Source: a bacterium (lineage in GTDB: Bacteria > UBA8248 > JACPRG01 > G963555815). Taken from it: a DNA stretch of 64,000 nucleotides. Under the pieces are notes generated by a model. That model saw nothing but the letters and a program-made list of their open reading frames with translations, was not told the origin of the DNA and did no database searches. A program made the position numbers and the translations under genes. This document shows, in pieces, positions 49,332 through 60,222 of the stretch (its first letter is position 1; every line of letters starts with the position of its first letter). The stretch covers positions 1,344,001-1,408,000 of the forward strand of contig CAUVWX020000001.1 of NCBI GenBank assembly GCA_963555815.3. The letters run 5' to 3'.

Positions 49332-49591
49332 GCCCTTACATCTTTGATATTGCTACGTGTTTTGTGGATCTCGTCCCCGTTTTTCTGCCCAAATCCCGGG
49401 CGCTTGCCGATGCTTTGGTGAGGGGCTTCGGTTGGCAGAGACGCTTCTGCGTGGCGTTGGCGTAGTGTTTTCACACGCCCGTCTCTCAAGCCCTTTTCAG
49501 TGGTACGGGTTTCGAGGGCGTCATCGGTTGACACGGCTCTCTATGATCTGTGCCCAGCGACAGAACCGGCCGGCTTGGGATGGACCGGAGA

Positions 49592-51343
49592 TTAAGCGGG
49601 CGCGAACCCGAGCCGCTTCCTCTGGGCTTCCCAACTGAGCGGCAGACGGGTGTTTCTCATGAGCTTTTCGGCGGTCAGCTCGGGCGGTTGCTGCCCGTCG
49701 ACGATGGCGGTGGCGATGTCCGGGGCGAGGTAGCTCAGCCGCAGCAACCGGGTGACATAGGAGGGTGAGACGCCTTCGACCTCGGCGATCCGCTGCAGGG
49801 TGAGATCGGGGTTTTGCTCCAATCGATCCTGGATGGCGAAGGCGCGCAGCAGCAGCCGGATCAGGCCCGGGGCGCACTTGGCATTGTTGCGGGCGCCGGG
49901 GACGACTAGTTTCATGCCCGTGCCAGCGCGCTTAAGGGCGATTGGAATATCCAGGATGATCGGATGTTTGGCTGGCTGAGCGTCCTGCCTCGATCTTTTT
50001 ATTGAGACGACGTCCGGTCCTGCCAGGAGGGTGGCCAGGGCCCGCTCGCCGTCGATCTCGATCACGACGCGGGCGGACTCGACGATCACCCGCCGGAGAA
50101 GCGCATTGAGATAGGCCTTGGCCTGGTGCGGTTTCAGCTCAGGCCACCGGTCCGCGAGCGATTGCGCCTGGGTGATCAAGCTGGCATGAGCCGATGCCTC
50201 TTGAGGGTCTCCATCGATGACAGCGCTGATCGCGGCCGCATCAGCGAGCCAGTCCCTGAGACGGACAGTAACGAGGCCTTCGAGATCCGCCGCCGGGAGG
50301 CGCCACCCCTTGCGGCCGGCTCGCTTGCCCTCGAGGATGAGATGGCGGGAGACGTAGTAGCGATAGCGCCGTCCCTTCTTGACGGCATGGCTGGGTGAGA
50401 GGCCCTCGCCCTGCTCGTCAACGACCAGGCCCGTCAGCAGGCTCGGTTGCCGGGTCCCTTCTCGGCGCTCGCCGTTCGTGTTGGCGGCCAGGGTGGCTTG
50501 AACCTCATCCCACAGCGCTTCATCGACAATGGCCTCATGCTGGCCGGGATAGGCCTTGTCCTTGTGGACCATCTCGCCCCGGTAGAGGCGATTGTGGAGC
50601 AGGTGATACAGCGCCCCGCGGTTGATGGGTTTGCCGCCGACAATACTGCCGTCGCGCCTCACTCGCCGCTTGCTGGTGACGCCTTCGGCGGCGAGCCGGT
50701 CGCGCAGTTCACGCACGGATTCGATTTCCCGGTACTGGCGGATGATAGACCGGACCGTTTCGGCCTCGGCCTTGTTGACGATGAGCTTTTTGTCCTTCAC
50801 ATCGTAGCCCAAGGGCGGGTTGCCGCCCATCCACATCCCCTTCTTCTTCGAAGCGGCGATCTTGTCGCGGATGCGTTCGCCCGTGACCTCGCGCTCGAAT
50901 TGGGCGAAGGAGAGCAGGACGTTCAAGGTCAGACGCCCCATCGAGGTGGTGGTGTTGAACTGCTGGGTGACCGAGACGAACGAGACGTCCTTTCGGTCGA
51001 AGATCTCCACAAGCCGGGCAAAATCCGACAGCGTCCGGGTCAGCCGGTCGACCTTGTAGACGACGATCGTGTCGATCCGCCCGACCTTGACATCGGCGAG
51101 CAGGCGTTGCAACGCCGGGCGCTCCAGGGTGGCGCCGGAGACGCCGCCATCGTCGTAACAGGTGGGCAGCACGATCCAGCCCTCGTGCTTCTGGCTCGCG
51201 ATATAGGCCTCGCAGGCCTCCCGCTGCGCCTGCAGCGAGTTGAAGTCCTGCTCAAGGCCTTCTTCGGAGGATTTGCGGGTGTAGATGGCGCAGCGCACCG
51301 TGGCCAGACTCCTCGCCCGTGGTGATTTCCGATGCTCAGCCAT
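49592..51343 (-). CDS. Large serine recombinase (resolvase + recombinase domains)
   Basis: AIYTRKS, DGGVSGA, ERPAL, VYKVDRLTR, FAQFERE and PPLGY motifs. Confidence 0.93.
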   Translation of the reverse strand: MAEHRKSPRARSLATVRCAIYTRKSSEEGLEQDFNSLQAQREACEAYIASQKHEGWIVLPTCYDDGGVSGATLERPALQRLLADVKVGRIDTIVVYKVDRLTRTLSDFARLVEIFDRKDVSFVSVTQQFNTTTSMGRLTLNVLLSFAQFEREVTGERIRDKIAASKKKGMWMGGNPPLGYDVKDKKLIVNKAEAETVRSIIRQYREIESVRELRDRLAAEGVTSKRRVRRDGSIVGGKPINRGALYHLLHNRLYRGEMVHKDKAYPGQHEAIVDEALWDEVQATLAANTNGERREGTRQPSLLTGLVVDEQGEGLSPSHAVKKGRRYRYYVSRHLILEGKRAGRKGWRLPAADLEGLVTVRLRDWLADAAAISAVIDGDPQEASAHASLITQAQSLADRWPELKPHQAKAYLNALLRRVIVESARVVIEIDGERALATLLAGPDVVSIKRSRQDAQPAKHPIILDIPIALKRAGTGMKLVVPGARNNAKCAPGLIRLLLRAFAIQDRLEQNPDLTLQRIAEVEGVSPSYVTRLLRLSYLAPDIATAIVDGQQPPELTAEKLMRNTRLPLSWEAQRKRLGFAPA

Positions 51344-51794
51344 GGTCCGCCGCCGATGCGCTCTCGCCTGAAGGCCGCAGGCCGAAGAAGCGGGGACCGG
51401 ACCAGTGCGCGCCCGTGATCCGTTGGGCGATAGCGGTCAAGGAACCATAGGCCTCCCCGTCGTAATTGAAGCCGCCTTCGGTCGCGGTGACGACATGGGT
51501 CCGGCCCTGCCATTCGCGCACCAGCCGTGTGCCGGGGCGCACCTTGGTGCCGTTGTCGGGGGCGACCCGGCCGGTCTCGGAGAAGGCTTTGGCCAGGGTC
51601 CGGAGACGCCGCCGCGTCGCACGGCTTAAGCCGCCATACACTTGCTCCTGGCGCTTGTAGGCGATCCCCCGGATAAGCAGGTCCCGGCTGAGCCGCCGGG
51701 GCGGGGGCGCCCGGTGATGGCGGCGCCATTCATCGCGCAGCGCCGGCAGGTCCATCTCCTGGATCTCGGTCATTTGGGTCTCGATCGTCGGCAT
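51336..51794 (-). CDS. DUF2924 domain-containing protein
   Basis: IAYKRQE..YGGL, PGTRLVREW.G..H.V, Y.SLTAIA..ITG.HWSGPRFFGL. GGAGGAGG RBS. Confidence 0.88.
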   Translation of the reverse strand: MPTIETQMTEIQEMDLPALRDEWRRHHRAPPPRRLSRDLLIRGIAYKRQEQVYGGLSRATRRRLRTLAKAFSETGRVAPDNGTKVRPGTRLVREWQGRTHVVTATEGGFNYDGEAYGSLTAIAQRITGAHWSGPRFFGLRPSGESASAADHG

Positions 51795-52438
51795 CTTGTG
51801 GCCTCCTCCGGGCAGGCTCGTCATCGATGATTGCCGCCCGGGTCACCTCCATTGACGCTCCGTTGCCCGGTGGAAGTCCAGTCCGAAAGCGAATTTATCA
51901 GGCTCGTGCAAAAAGGGAGGGCGTCTCTGTGTGGTGAAGCGGCTCATGAGCGTCCAATGTCGTCCGTTCGCAGGCTGTAAGCTTTTACGAACGGCTCCGT
52001 CGATGAATCTCGCGGCGGCCACTGTTGGCCCCCTCAATGCAGTCATCGCGACTGAAACAGGGAGCCGCATATGTTAGCGTCATCTTCGGGGTGAGCAGTA
52101 TGGGAATCACGGTGGGGATCCGTCGGCGCCTGCGTTGCCGGTCCCACTGCCAGCGCAAAAACTGCGTGGAACGGCCTCGAAGGCATGTTCGTCTGGTATC
52201 TCGGACCTCGAACGGGGGCTAAGTGCGCACGATACGCGTTTCAGGTACCTTGCCGCGGCCACCTCACCGCTGCGGCCGTTGCGGTGGCTGCCACCCCAGA
52301 AACCGGCGGCGAGGCCCCCACCCAACCCCGCTCGAAGTCCGCCTGCGTCCAGTCGCCGCACATCGGGCGGCACCGAGACCCAGCACCCGCAGGACATCCG
52401 GCTTCGTCACCAGCTCGGCGGGCGGCGTTCCAAGTCCA

Positions 52439-52828
52439 TCACGCTGTCTCCCCTTCCGCGATCAACTCCCGCAGGCCGCGCAGGTCCTCGTCGGTCAGCG
52501 GGGACAGGTCGGGCCGGGTCTCTTTAGGTACGTGTTTTTCCAGCTTCTCGGGCACGTGTTTATCGATCAACTGGAGCAGCTTGATCTGATCGTTCATCGA
52601 CCCGTGGAGCGCTTTCGAGACCAGGCTTTCCACCAGCGCCTCGAACACGGTCACCCTCCGCGTCCTGCCGTTCTCGCGGAGAGTCACCTTGCGGTCGATC
52701 ACTTCCCGGATCACCGAGCGATTGTTCCTGCGGCCCCTGGGCCGGCCCGCCGGGTTGCCCGACCGGCCTGGCTGGAACCGGTTCCGCTCCGGCGGTTTGC
52801 CGTAGCCGATCTCGTAGCCTTCCATCAT
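52439..52828 (-). CDS. DUF5681 domain-containing protein
   Basis: YEIGYGKPP…RFQPGRSGNPAGRPRG motif. Confidence 0.82.
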   Translation of the reverse strand: MMEGYEIGYGKPPERNRFQPGRSGNPAGRPRGRRNNRSVIREVIDRKVTLRENGRTRRVTVFEALVESLVSKALHGSMNDQIKLLQLIDKHVPEKLEKHVPKETRPDLSPLTDEDLRGLRELIAEGETA

Positions 52829-54180
52829 GGCGATTCCCGTTCGAGCTCGGCCAACGTTCGTCCGCTTTCGGTCTGCACCGGCTCCTGGCCTGTGAAGTCC
52901 CGGAAGCGCTTAAGCGTCGCGTCGACGTATTTCGGGTCGAGTTCGAGGCCGAAGCCGCGCCGGCCCGACCGCTCCGCCGCGAGCAGCGTGGTGCCCGAAC
53001 CGGAGAAGGCATCGAGCACGATGCCGCCGCGCCGCGAGCAGTCCAGGATGGCGTCTTCGACCAGCGCCACCGGCTTGACTGTCGGGTGCATGGCCAGCTC
53101 GGCGTCGCGGTCCGCGCCGAAGGCGTTGACGCCGGCATAGTCCCATACATTGGTGCGGTAACGCCCGTGCGCCCCCAGCGCGACGTTGTTGATGTGTGGC
53201 CCCCGCCCGGCCTTGAACACGGCGACTAGCTCGTGCTTGGAGCGGTACAGCGATCCCATCCCGCCGTTGGTCTTGTTCCAGACGCAGAGGTTCTTCAACT
53301 CCTCGTAGACCTTCCGCCCCGCCGTCAGCAGCTCGAACAGATGCCGCCAGTCCATGCACACGAAGTGGATGGCGCCGTCGTTGCTGTGCAACGCGAGTTG
53401 GCGGAGCACCGTCTCGAGAAACGCCGTGAACTCCGCTTCCGACATCTCGCCCGCGGCCATGGCGAATTCCCCATGGCGCGCCCGGCCCCGGCCGCAGACA
53501 TGGCCGTCGATGGGCACGTTGTAGGGCGGGTCGGTGAACACCATCTGGGCGATCTTGCCGTCCAGCAGGCGGTCATAGGCACCCGTCCGGGCCGCATCCG
53601 CGCACAACAGCCGGTGCCGGCCGAGCCGCCACAGATCACCGGGCCGGGTGATCGGCGCCGTGTCGTCGATCGCGGGCAACCGGTCGGCATCGTCCTCGCT
53701 CCCGGCGCCGCTCAGTCCGGCGATCAGCGTATCGATCTCGGCCGTCTCGAAGCCCGTGATCTCGATGTCGAAGTCGAGGTCGATGGTCGTGAGCGTTTGC
53801 AGCTCAATCGCCAGGAGTTCCTCGTCCCAGCCCGCCAGCTCCGCCAGGCGGTTGTCGGCGATGAGGTAGGCCCGCTTCTGCGCCTCGTTCAGGTCGCCAA
53901 TGCAAATCGTGGGCACCTGGGACAGCCCGAGCCGCTTCGCCGCCTCAAGCCGGGCGTGCCCGGCCATCACCTGGCCGCGCTCGTCGACCAGAATCGGATT
54001 GGTGAAGCCGAACGTGCGGATGCTGTCGGCGATCCGCCGGATCTGGCGTTCGGAATGCGTGCGCGGATTGCGCGCGTCGGGCTGGAGGGCCAATATCGAC
54101 TGATAGGTGATCGACGGCCGGCTGTGGGCGCAATCGGACGTCGAGCGCGTCGGGGTTTCCGCTTTCGCTGTTTCCTTCAT
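52825..54180 (-). CDS. ParB-N domain + DNA amino-methyltransferase fusion
   Basis: NPRTHS..QI..IA.SI..FGFTNPIL, GHARLEAA and ADNRL, then FTDPPYN, HPTVKP and LDAFSGSGTT. Confidence 0.9.
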   Translation of the reverse strand: MKETAKAETPTRSTSDCAHSRPSITYQSILALQPDARNPRTHSERQIRRIADSIRTFGFTNPILVDERGQVMAGHARLEAAKRLGLSQVPTICIGDLNEAQKRAYLIADNRLAELAGWDEELLAIELQTLTTIDLDFDIEITGFETAEIDTLIAGLSGAGSEDDADRLPAIDDTAPITRPGDLWRLGRHRLLCADAARTGAYDRLLDGKIAQMVFTDPPYNVPIDGHVCGRGRARHGEFAMAAGEMSEAEFTAFLETVLRQLALHSNDGAIHFVCMDWRHLFELLTAGRKVYEELKNLCVWNKTNGGMGSLYRSKHELVAVFKAGRGPHINNVALGAHGRYRTNVWDYAGVNAFGADRDAELAMHPTVKPVALVEDAILDCSRRGGIVLDAFSGSGTTLLAAERSGRRGFGLELDPKYVDATLKRFRDFTGQEPVQTESGRTLAELERESP

Positions 54181-54495
54181 CAAAAACCTCAATCGAGATC
54201 TATTAACATCCTAGAATCAGCTGCCGGTGCGCGACATCGCCGAGGATCCACCGAAGGATTGGACAGGGTTGACCAACGGTGGAGGAACCGCTCTCGTGAA
54301 GCGAAGTCGCATGGCGACAACATTCCGGCTCTTGAAAGCTTTAATGTTGAACCTGATCGGTTCCAGTGCAGGATTTTTTTGGCGCATTTGGCAAAACCCT
54401 CGGGTCATAAGCGGACCATTCGGGGAATCTAGTCACCGCTCGGCGGATTATCGAACTGATGATTCCGGCGGTAATGTTCGTTACGGCTCCAATGT

Positions 54496-55083
54496 TCATT
54501 TCGCCTTTTTCAACCGGGCAGTTATTTCGTTTACGTCCCGTTTCATTTTCAGCCAGACGCTCAAGACCCCGTTGTAGGTCCGTCCCAATTCCTTTGCGAC
54601 CGCATCGCAAGCCGAATGCCCCACGGAGGCGTCGTTGCGCGTCGCCGTCATCCCACGGCTGACCAGTTCGTTGATCGCCTCCCAAATGAGCAGGTTTCGA
54701 TGGTAGAGGCCTGATTTACTTGGACCCGTTTTCCGCTTCGGCGGCTCTATGTTGTCAGTCAGCACGTCGGCAATGAAAAGGCGCAAACCGTCCGCGAGCG
54801 GCACGTTGTTGCGCAGAAGGCACCCCGCGAAGACACACAGGGCATCCCACCACTCGCGATCCTGGTGGGCGAGTTTGATGTATTCCGCCAACAGGCTGGG
54901 CAATAGGTCCGGTTTGCCCAAAGCCACAATAGCCAATTCCGAGCGCACCGGCCCGGCCGAAGTCACCGGTCCATCCCAGAGTGCCTCCCCGGACGGGTGG
55001 CCCGTCACAACCATGTGATCAGCTAAAGAGAGGTAAGCGCGAGCGATTTTCCTCGCGTCCTCGAACGTTATCGGCTCCGTCAT
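54496..55083 (-). CDS. Hypothetical island protein, possible C-terminal HTH
   Basis: 195-aa ORF with C-terminal SACDAVAKELGRTYNGVLSVW. Confidence 0.55.
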   Translation of the reverse strand: MTEPITFEDARKIARAYLSLADHMVVTGHPSGEALWDGPVTSAGPVRSELAIVALGKPDLLPSLLAEYIKLAHQDREWWDALCVFAGCLLRNNVPLADGLRLFIADVLTDNIEPPKRKTGPSKSGLYHRNLLIWEAINELVSRGMTATRNDASVGHSACDAVAKELGRTYNGVLSVWLKMKRDVNEITARLKKAK

Positions 55084-55114
55084 GGTCCCACCATCGCGAT
55101 ACGGTGCAGCCTAG

Positions 55115-55382
55115 CAAAGCCTACAGACAATCCTTTCATCGAAGCCTTCAACAGTCACTTCCGAGCCGAGTGTCTCAATCAACACTGGTTCCCAGACCTG
55201 GAGGACGCCACAATGAAGATCAACGATTGGCGGCAGGACTACAATCAGATCCGACCCCATGGAGCCATCGGCAATCGGGTGCCAATGGACCTCCTGAAAC
55301 CGACCGATCCGCCAGGGCGAATCGGTCCAAAATAACCGGATCTCTGACCTCTCAAGTGGCCCAAGTCTCGGGTAGCAGACCA
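55115..55382 (+). mobile_element. IS3-family remnant (transposase C-terminus and right end)
   Basis: KPTDNPFIEAFNSHFRAECLNQHWF…WRQDYNQIRPHGAIG (frameshifted), followed by a terminus ending GTGGCCCAAGTCTCGGGTAGCAGACCA. Confidence 0.8.
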
Positions 55383-55576
55383 TCAACGGGCAATACTCAC
55401 CTTGGGGGTGGATCTATTTTTGGGAGGAGATCAGTTGTTCTTGGTGTCGGACTCCTCCGCGACCCCGTCCACGCACGCTCCGTAGCAGTAATTTCAGGGG
55501 TCCATGGGGCCGTCCGAATTGGAGTGGGTAGTCGTTATTCGGTCCGTAGATATGTTTCACGATTTAATCTCCTTGC

Positions 55577-56691
55577 GGCGTTGGTGCATGAATCGGAACT
55601 GGCCCGCAACGAACCCGACTCACAGGTCCATCACCTACCAAGAGCGTACGACGATGGCCTACCGCGCTCGGCCATCCGGTTGAGGATGTGACACCCGATC
55701 GCGGCTTCTCTGCGTTGCGCCTTGCCGTGCCTCGCCTTCAGGTCGCCTCCGAACACGGACTTGTATCGGAAGAAGCTGTTTTCAACGCGCGCCTGCTGTC
55801 GGTAGCCCGACTCCTTCTGCCACTCCCGTCGCCCGACCTTGCGAATCCTCTGAAGAGACGCTGTCACGCTGCGCCCAGGGGCCGTCGGTGGGCACCGCCG
55901 ACAGCGCAGAGCGACGAGGGGGGATCACAATCACGACGTTCTCTGTACCGGCCGCGCTGGCCCGATCGTAGACCGATCTGTGGTCGTAGGCCCCGTCCGC
56001 CGTGAAACGCCGGATGGGAACTTCGAGCGGGGCGAGAAGATCAGGGAGTGTGGAGGCGTCGTCCCGGCTGCTCGCTGTGAGTTCGGCCGCCACAATGAAC
56101 CCCTCCGCATCCACTCCGATGTGCAGCTTCCGCCAATCCCGGCGTTTCTTTGATGTCTTGTGCTTGTGCGCGTTCCATTCGCCGCGACCCAGAATCTTGA
56201 GCCCTGTGGAATCAACGATCAGGTCGATCGGGCCGTCGTGGGCTCGGGTCAGGGGCGGCACCACAACAATTTGGTTCCGGCGCGAGAGGGTGGTGTGGTC
56301 CGGGGCCTTGAGGTCGTGGCTCCATCAAGCGGAGCAGCGAGTCCAGGAACCCCTCCGTCTGGCGAAGCGGTAGGCCGAAGACGACCCGCAGCGTCAACGC
56401 GGTCCGGATCGCGAGGTTCGAGTTATCGACGCTGCCCTCCGCGGAGACCGTTCTTCGGTGGTATCCACGCGGCAATCGCATCCTCGCTCAGCCAGATCGT
56501 GACGTCTCCGCGGCTCCTGAGGCCACGCTCGTACTCCCTCCAGTTCCGGATTCTGTACTTCGCCTTGTACTGGCGGTTGACTCGGCTCGACTTCCCTGCG
56601 GCCATGACGTTGCCCCCTTGATCTCCATGATGGACCGGAACCCTCCGCCGATGCTAGCGTGCCCGCTTACGCCGATTCATGCACCAATGCC
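55577..56691 (-). mobile_element. IS5-family (IS903-group-like) element, 1,115 bp, transposase frameshifted
   Basis: TIRs GGCGTTGGTGCATGAATCGG (55577-55596) and CCGATTCATGCACCAATGCC (56672-56691) match at 19 of 20 positions. Transposase motifs YRIRNW.EY..GL..RG, LPLRQTEGF, IVDSTGLK, WRKLHI, ADGAYD and VENSFFRYK lie across several frames. Confidence 0.88.
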
Positions 56692-56856
56692 GCCCTGGAG
56701 GACAAGTCCGGAGTGGACGTGGAGATGATCATAGAAGAATAAGGGCCAGCCCGGTGTGCTAGAAAGGGAGGGGTCGCGAGGCAAGTTCAGCGACCCGGTC
56801 CCCTGATTATCAAGACATCACTATTCTAGTACGCTGGGCCTTTATGAGGAGGAGTC

Positions 56857-57034
56857 ATGAAACAAAAGCCTAAGACCGTTGAGCTAGTGAAGTCCACCTA
56901 TCAGCCGAAACACCAAGGCCGAGCAGGAGGAGGAGTTCCGGGCGGGGGCCTCCATGGAGGAGATTGCCGATGCTGTCCTGAGCCCGGTCAACGTCCGATG
57001 GATTGATAAGCCCCGCAACCGTAGGAAGCGGTAG
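56857..57034 (+). pseudogene. Small protein (about 58 aa, frameshift near 56910), probable IS1595-type passenger
   Basis: Strong RBS GAGGAGGAG; MKQKPKTVELVKSTYQP…TKAEQEEEF…MEEIADAVLSPVNVRWIDKPRNRRKR. Confidence 0.45.
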
Positions 57035-57040
57035 GGGTTT

Positions 57041-57063
57041 CGGGACTTTTAGATATAATCCCC
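57041..57063 (-). mobile_element. Probable orphan terminal inverted repeat of an IS1595-family element
   Basis: Reverse complement reads GGGGATTATATCTAAAAGTCCCG, matching the GGnnATTAT end pattern of ISNwi1-group elements. Confidence 0.45.
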
Positions 57064-57141
57064 ATACGTTAATGAGGATGCAGAACAGCTACGACATCGC
57101 CCAGAACCGTTGCATGAGTCTTCTTCAGAGGGTGTGTCGCT

Positions 57142-60100
57142 TTGACTAACCCATTCTTCGACCATCCCATCCTGAACTCGCCCTACGAGCCCCCACAGCG
57201 GCACTGGGAGCTGGACTCCCAGGGGCAGCCGACCCAGCAGGTCTTGGAACGCCGTCGGCGCGCCGAGTTCATCACACCGATCCCGAAGCCGAAGAAGCGA
57301 AAAAAAGCCCGGCAGCAGGCCGCAATGGTGTTCGACGAAGGGAAGGGTCTCTCCACTAAGGAGCAGCAATACGATCCGACCTCCATCATCAATGAAGTGC
57401 GTCAGAACGTGGATCGGTGGCGGGCCTTGCCCAACCTAGCCCAGTGGCAGGTCAGCCCGGAAACGGCGCGCTTGCTCCAGCACTGGCGGCACCACCCGTT
57501 CGGCAGCATCCGCCCGTTCTTTTGTCAGGTGGAAGCCGTTGAAACCGCGATTTGGCTAACCGAGGTTGCGCCGCACTTCAAGGGCGGAAAACGATTGCTC
57601 GGCCACTTGGCCAGAGCCAACAAGGACGCCAATCCAGAATTGATGCGCCTCGCGCTGAAGCTAGCCACCGGGGCTGGCAAGACAACTATCATGGCCATGT
57701 TGATCGCCTGGCAAACGGTCAATGCGGTCCGCCATCCCGCCAGCAAACACTTCACCCGAGGTTTCCTGGTCGTAGCCCCCGGCCTGACCATCAAGGATCG
57801 GCTCCGCGTCCTCCAGCCGAACGACCCAGACAGTTACTACGCCAGCCGCGAACTTGTGCCGCACGACCTGCTCGACGACGTTAACCGCGCCAAGATCGTC
57901 ATCACCAACTACCACGCCTTTAAGTTACGCGAGCGCATCAAAATATCTTCCAGCGGACGCGCGTTGCTCAAGGGCCGTACCGGCGACGAGCTGCACACCA
58001 CTGAGACCGAAGGCCAGATGCTCCAGCGTGCCATGCCTGATCTGATGGGCATCAAGAACATCCTCGTGCTCAACGACGAGGCGCACCATTGCTACCGCGA
58101 GAAGCCACCGGAGCCGGACGATGCGCATCTGAAGGGCGACGACAGAAAAGAGGCCGAAAAGAACAACGAAGCAGCCCGCCTCTGGATATCGGGTCTCGAA
58201 ACCGTGAATCGTAAGCTCGGCCGCTCTCGTGTGATCGACCTGTCTGCCACACCCTTCTTTCTGAGCGGGTCCGGCTATGCCGAGGGCACACTCTTCCCAT
58301 GGACGATGAGCGACTTCTCGCTGATGGACGCCATCGAGTGCGGTATCGTTAAACTGCCGCGCGTCCCGGTGGCTCAAAACATCCCTGGCGACGAAATGCC
58401 CGTCTATCGCAACCTCTGGGAGAACATCCGCAAGGAGATGCCCAAGAAGGGGCGCGGCCAGGGCGGAGAACTCGACCCACTCAAACTGCCGACCCGGTTG
58501 CAAACCGCTCTTGAGGCGCTCTACGGGCACTACGAGAAAACCTTCAAACTATGGGAAGAGAAGGGCATTCGTGTGCCGCCCTGCTTCATCATCGTTTGCC
58601 AAAACACCGCCATCTCGAAGCTGGCCTATGACTTCATCTCCGGTTTTCAACGAAAGAACGAAGACGGGACCACCACACTGGAAAACGGTCGCTTGGCCCT
58701 CTTCCGAAATTTCGATGAAACCACGGGGAATCCGCTCGCGCGTCCGAACACATTGCTGATTGACAGTGAGCAGTTGGAAGCTGGCGACGCCCTCGACGAT
58801 AAGTTTCGTGGCATGGCCGCCGATGAGATTGCCCGTTTCCGCCGCGAGATCATTGAGCGCACCGGGGATGCCCGTGCAGCGGACAACCTCAGCGACCAGG
58901 AGTTGCTGCGTGAGGTCATGAACACCGTGGGCAAGCACGGCCAACTCGGCGGCTCCATCCGCTGTGTCGTCTCTGTGTCCATGCTGACGGAAGGCTGGGA
59001 TGCGAACACCGTCACCCACGTCCTCGGCATCCGCGCTTTTGGCACCCAGCTCCTCTGCGAACAGGTCATCGGACGCGCGCTTCGCCGCCAATCCTACGAC
59101 CTCAATGAAGAAAACCTCTTCAACGTTGAATATGCAGACATCTTCGGCATTCCTTTCGACTTCACGGCCAAACCCGTTATCGCTCCCCCGCAGCCGCCGC
59201 GTGAGACGGTTCAGGTCAAGGCCATGCGCCCGGAGCGAGACGGCCTTGAAGTCCAGTTCCCTCGCGTCGAAGGCTACCGCGTCGAACTGCCCGAGGAGCG
59301 CCTCACGGCCGCCCTCACCCCCGATTCTATTCTCGAACTCAGCCCCGATCTGGTTGGCCCGTCCATCACACGGAATGCGGGAATCATCGGCGAAGGCGTG
59401 GATCTGAACCTGGAGCATTTAGGGGACATGCGGCCGTCCACGCTGCTCTTCCACGTCACCCAGCGCCTGCTCTACACGAAATGGCGCGATCCGGGGGAAG
59501 AGCCGAAGCTCTATCTGTTTGGCCAGCTCAAACGCATCACGAAGCAGTGGCTCGACACCTGTCTCGTCTGCAAGGGCGCCACTTATCCCGCCCAGCTGAT
59601 GTATCAGGAGCTGGCCGACATGGCGTGCAACCGCATCACCGCTGGCATCACCAGATGCGTTGGAAGATCACCGCCCCATCAAAGTCCTGCTCGACCCCTA
59701 CAATCCCACCGGCTCCACGGCCCATGTCAGATTCAACACGTCCAGGGCGGACCGCTGGGACACCAGTGGTCCGCCGCCCAAGAACCATGTCAACTGGGTG
59801 GTGCTCGACAGCGACTGGGAAGCTGAGTTCTGCCGCGTCGCCGAGTCTCATCCGAAGGTCGTGGCCTACACAAAGAACCACAACTTGGGCCTCGAAGTGC
59901 CGTATCGCTACGGTTCCCAGCTACGGAAGTATCTACCCGACTTCATCGTCTTGGTAAACGACGGCCACGGCCACGGCGACCTGCTGCGCCTGGTCGTCGA
60001 GATCAAGGGCTATCGGCGCGAGGACGCGAAGGAAAAGAAGTCCACGATGGATACCTACTGGGTGCCCGGCGTGAATAATCTCAAGACGTATGGACGCTGG

Positions 60101-60220
60101 GCCTTCGCCGAGTTCACCGAGGTCTACATGATCGAGACCGACTTCGCGGCGAAGGTCGGAGACAAGTTCGACAAAATGATCGACACCGCGACCGCATATC
60201 CGATGACTAGGGACAGCTAG
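57142..60220 (+). CDS. Type III-like restriction endonuclease/helicase subunit (+1 frameshift near 59656)
   Basis: KLATGAGKT, NDEAHH, DLSATP, LTEGWD and EQVIGRALR helicase motifs, then YLPDF…VEIKG nuclease motif in the shifted frame. Confidence 0.88.
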
Positions 60221-60222
60221 CT

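Noticed and set aside
51843..52436. Coding gene between DUF2924 and DUF5681
   Set aside because: Several short overlapping frames, none with recognisable motifs; probably degenerate sequence.
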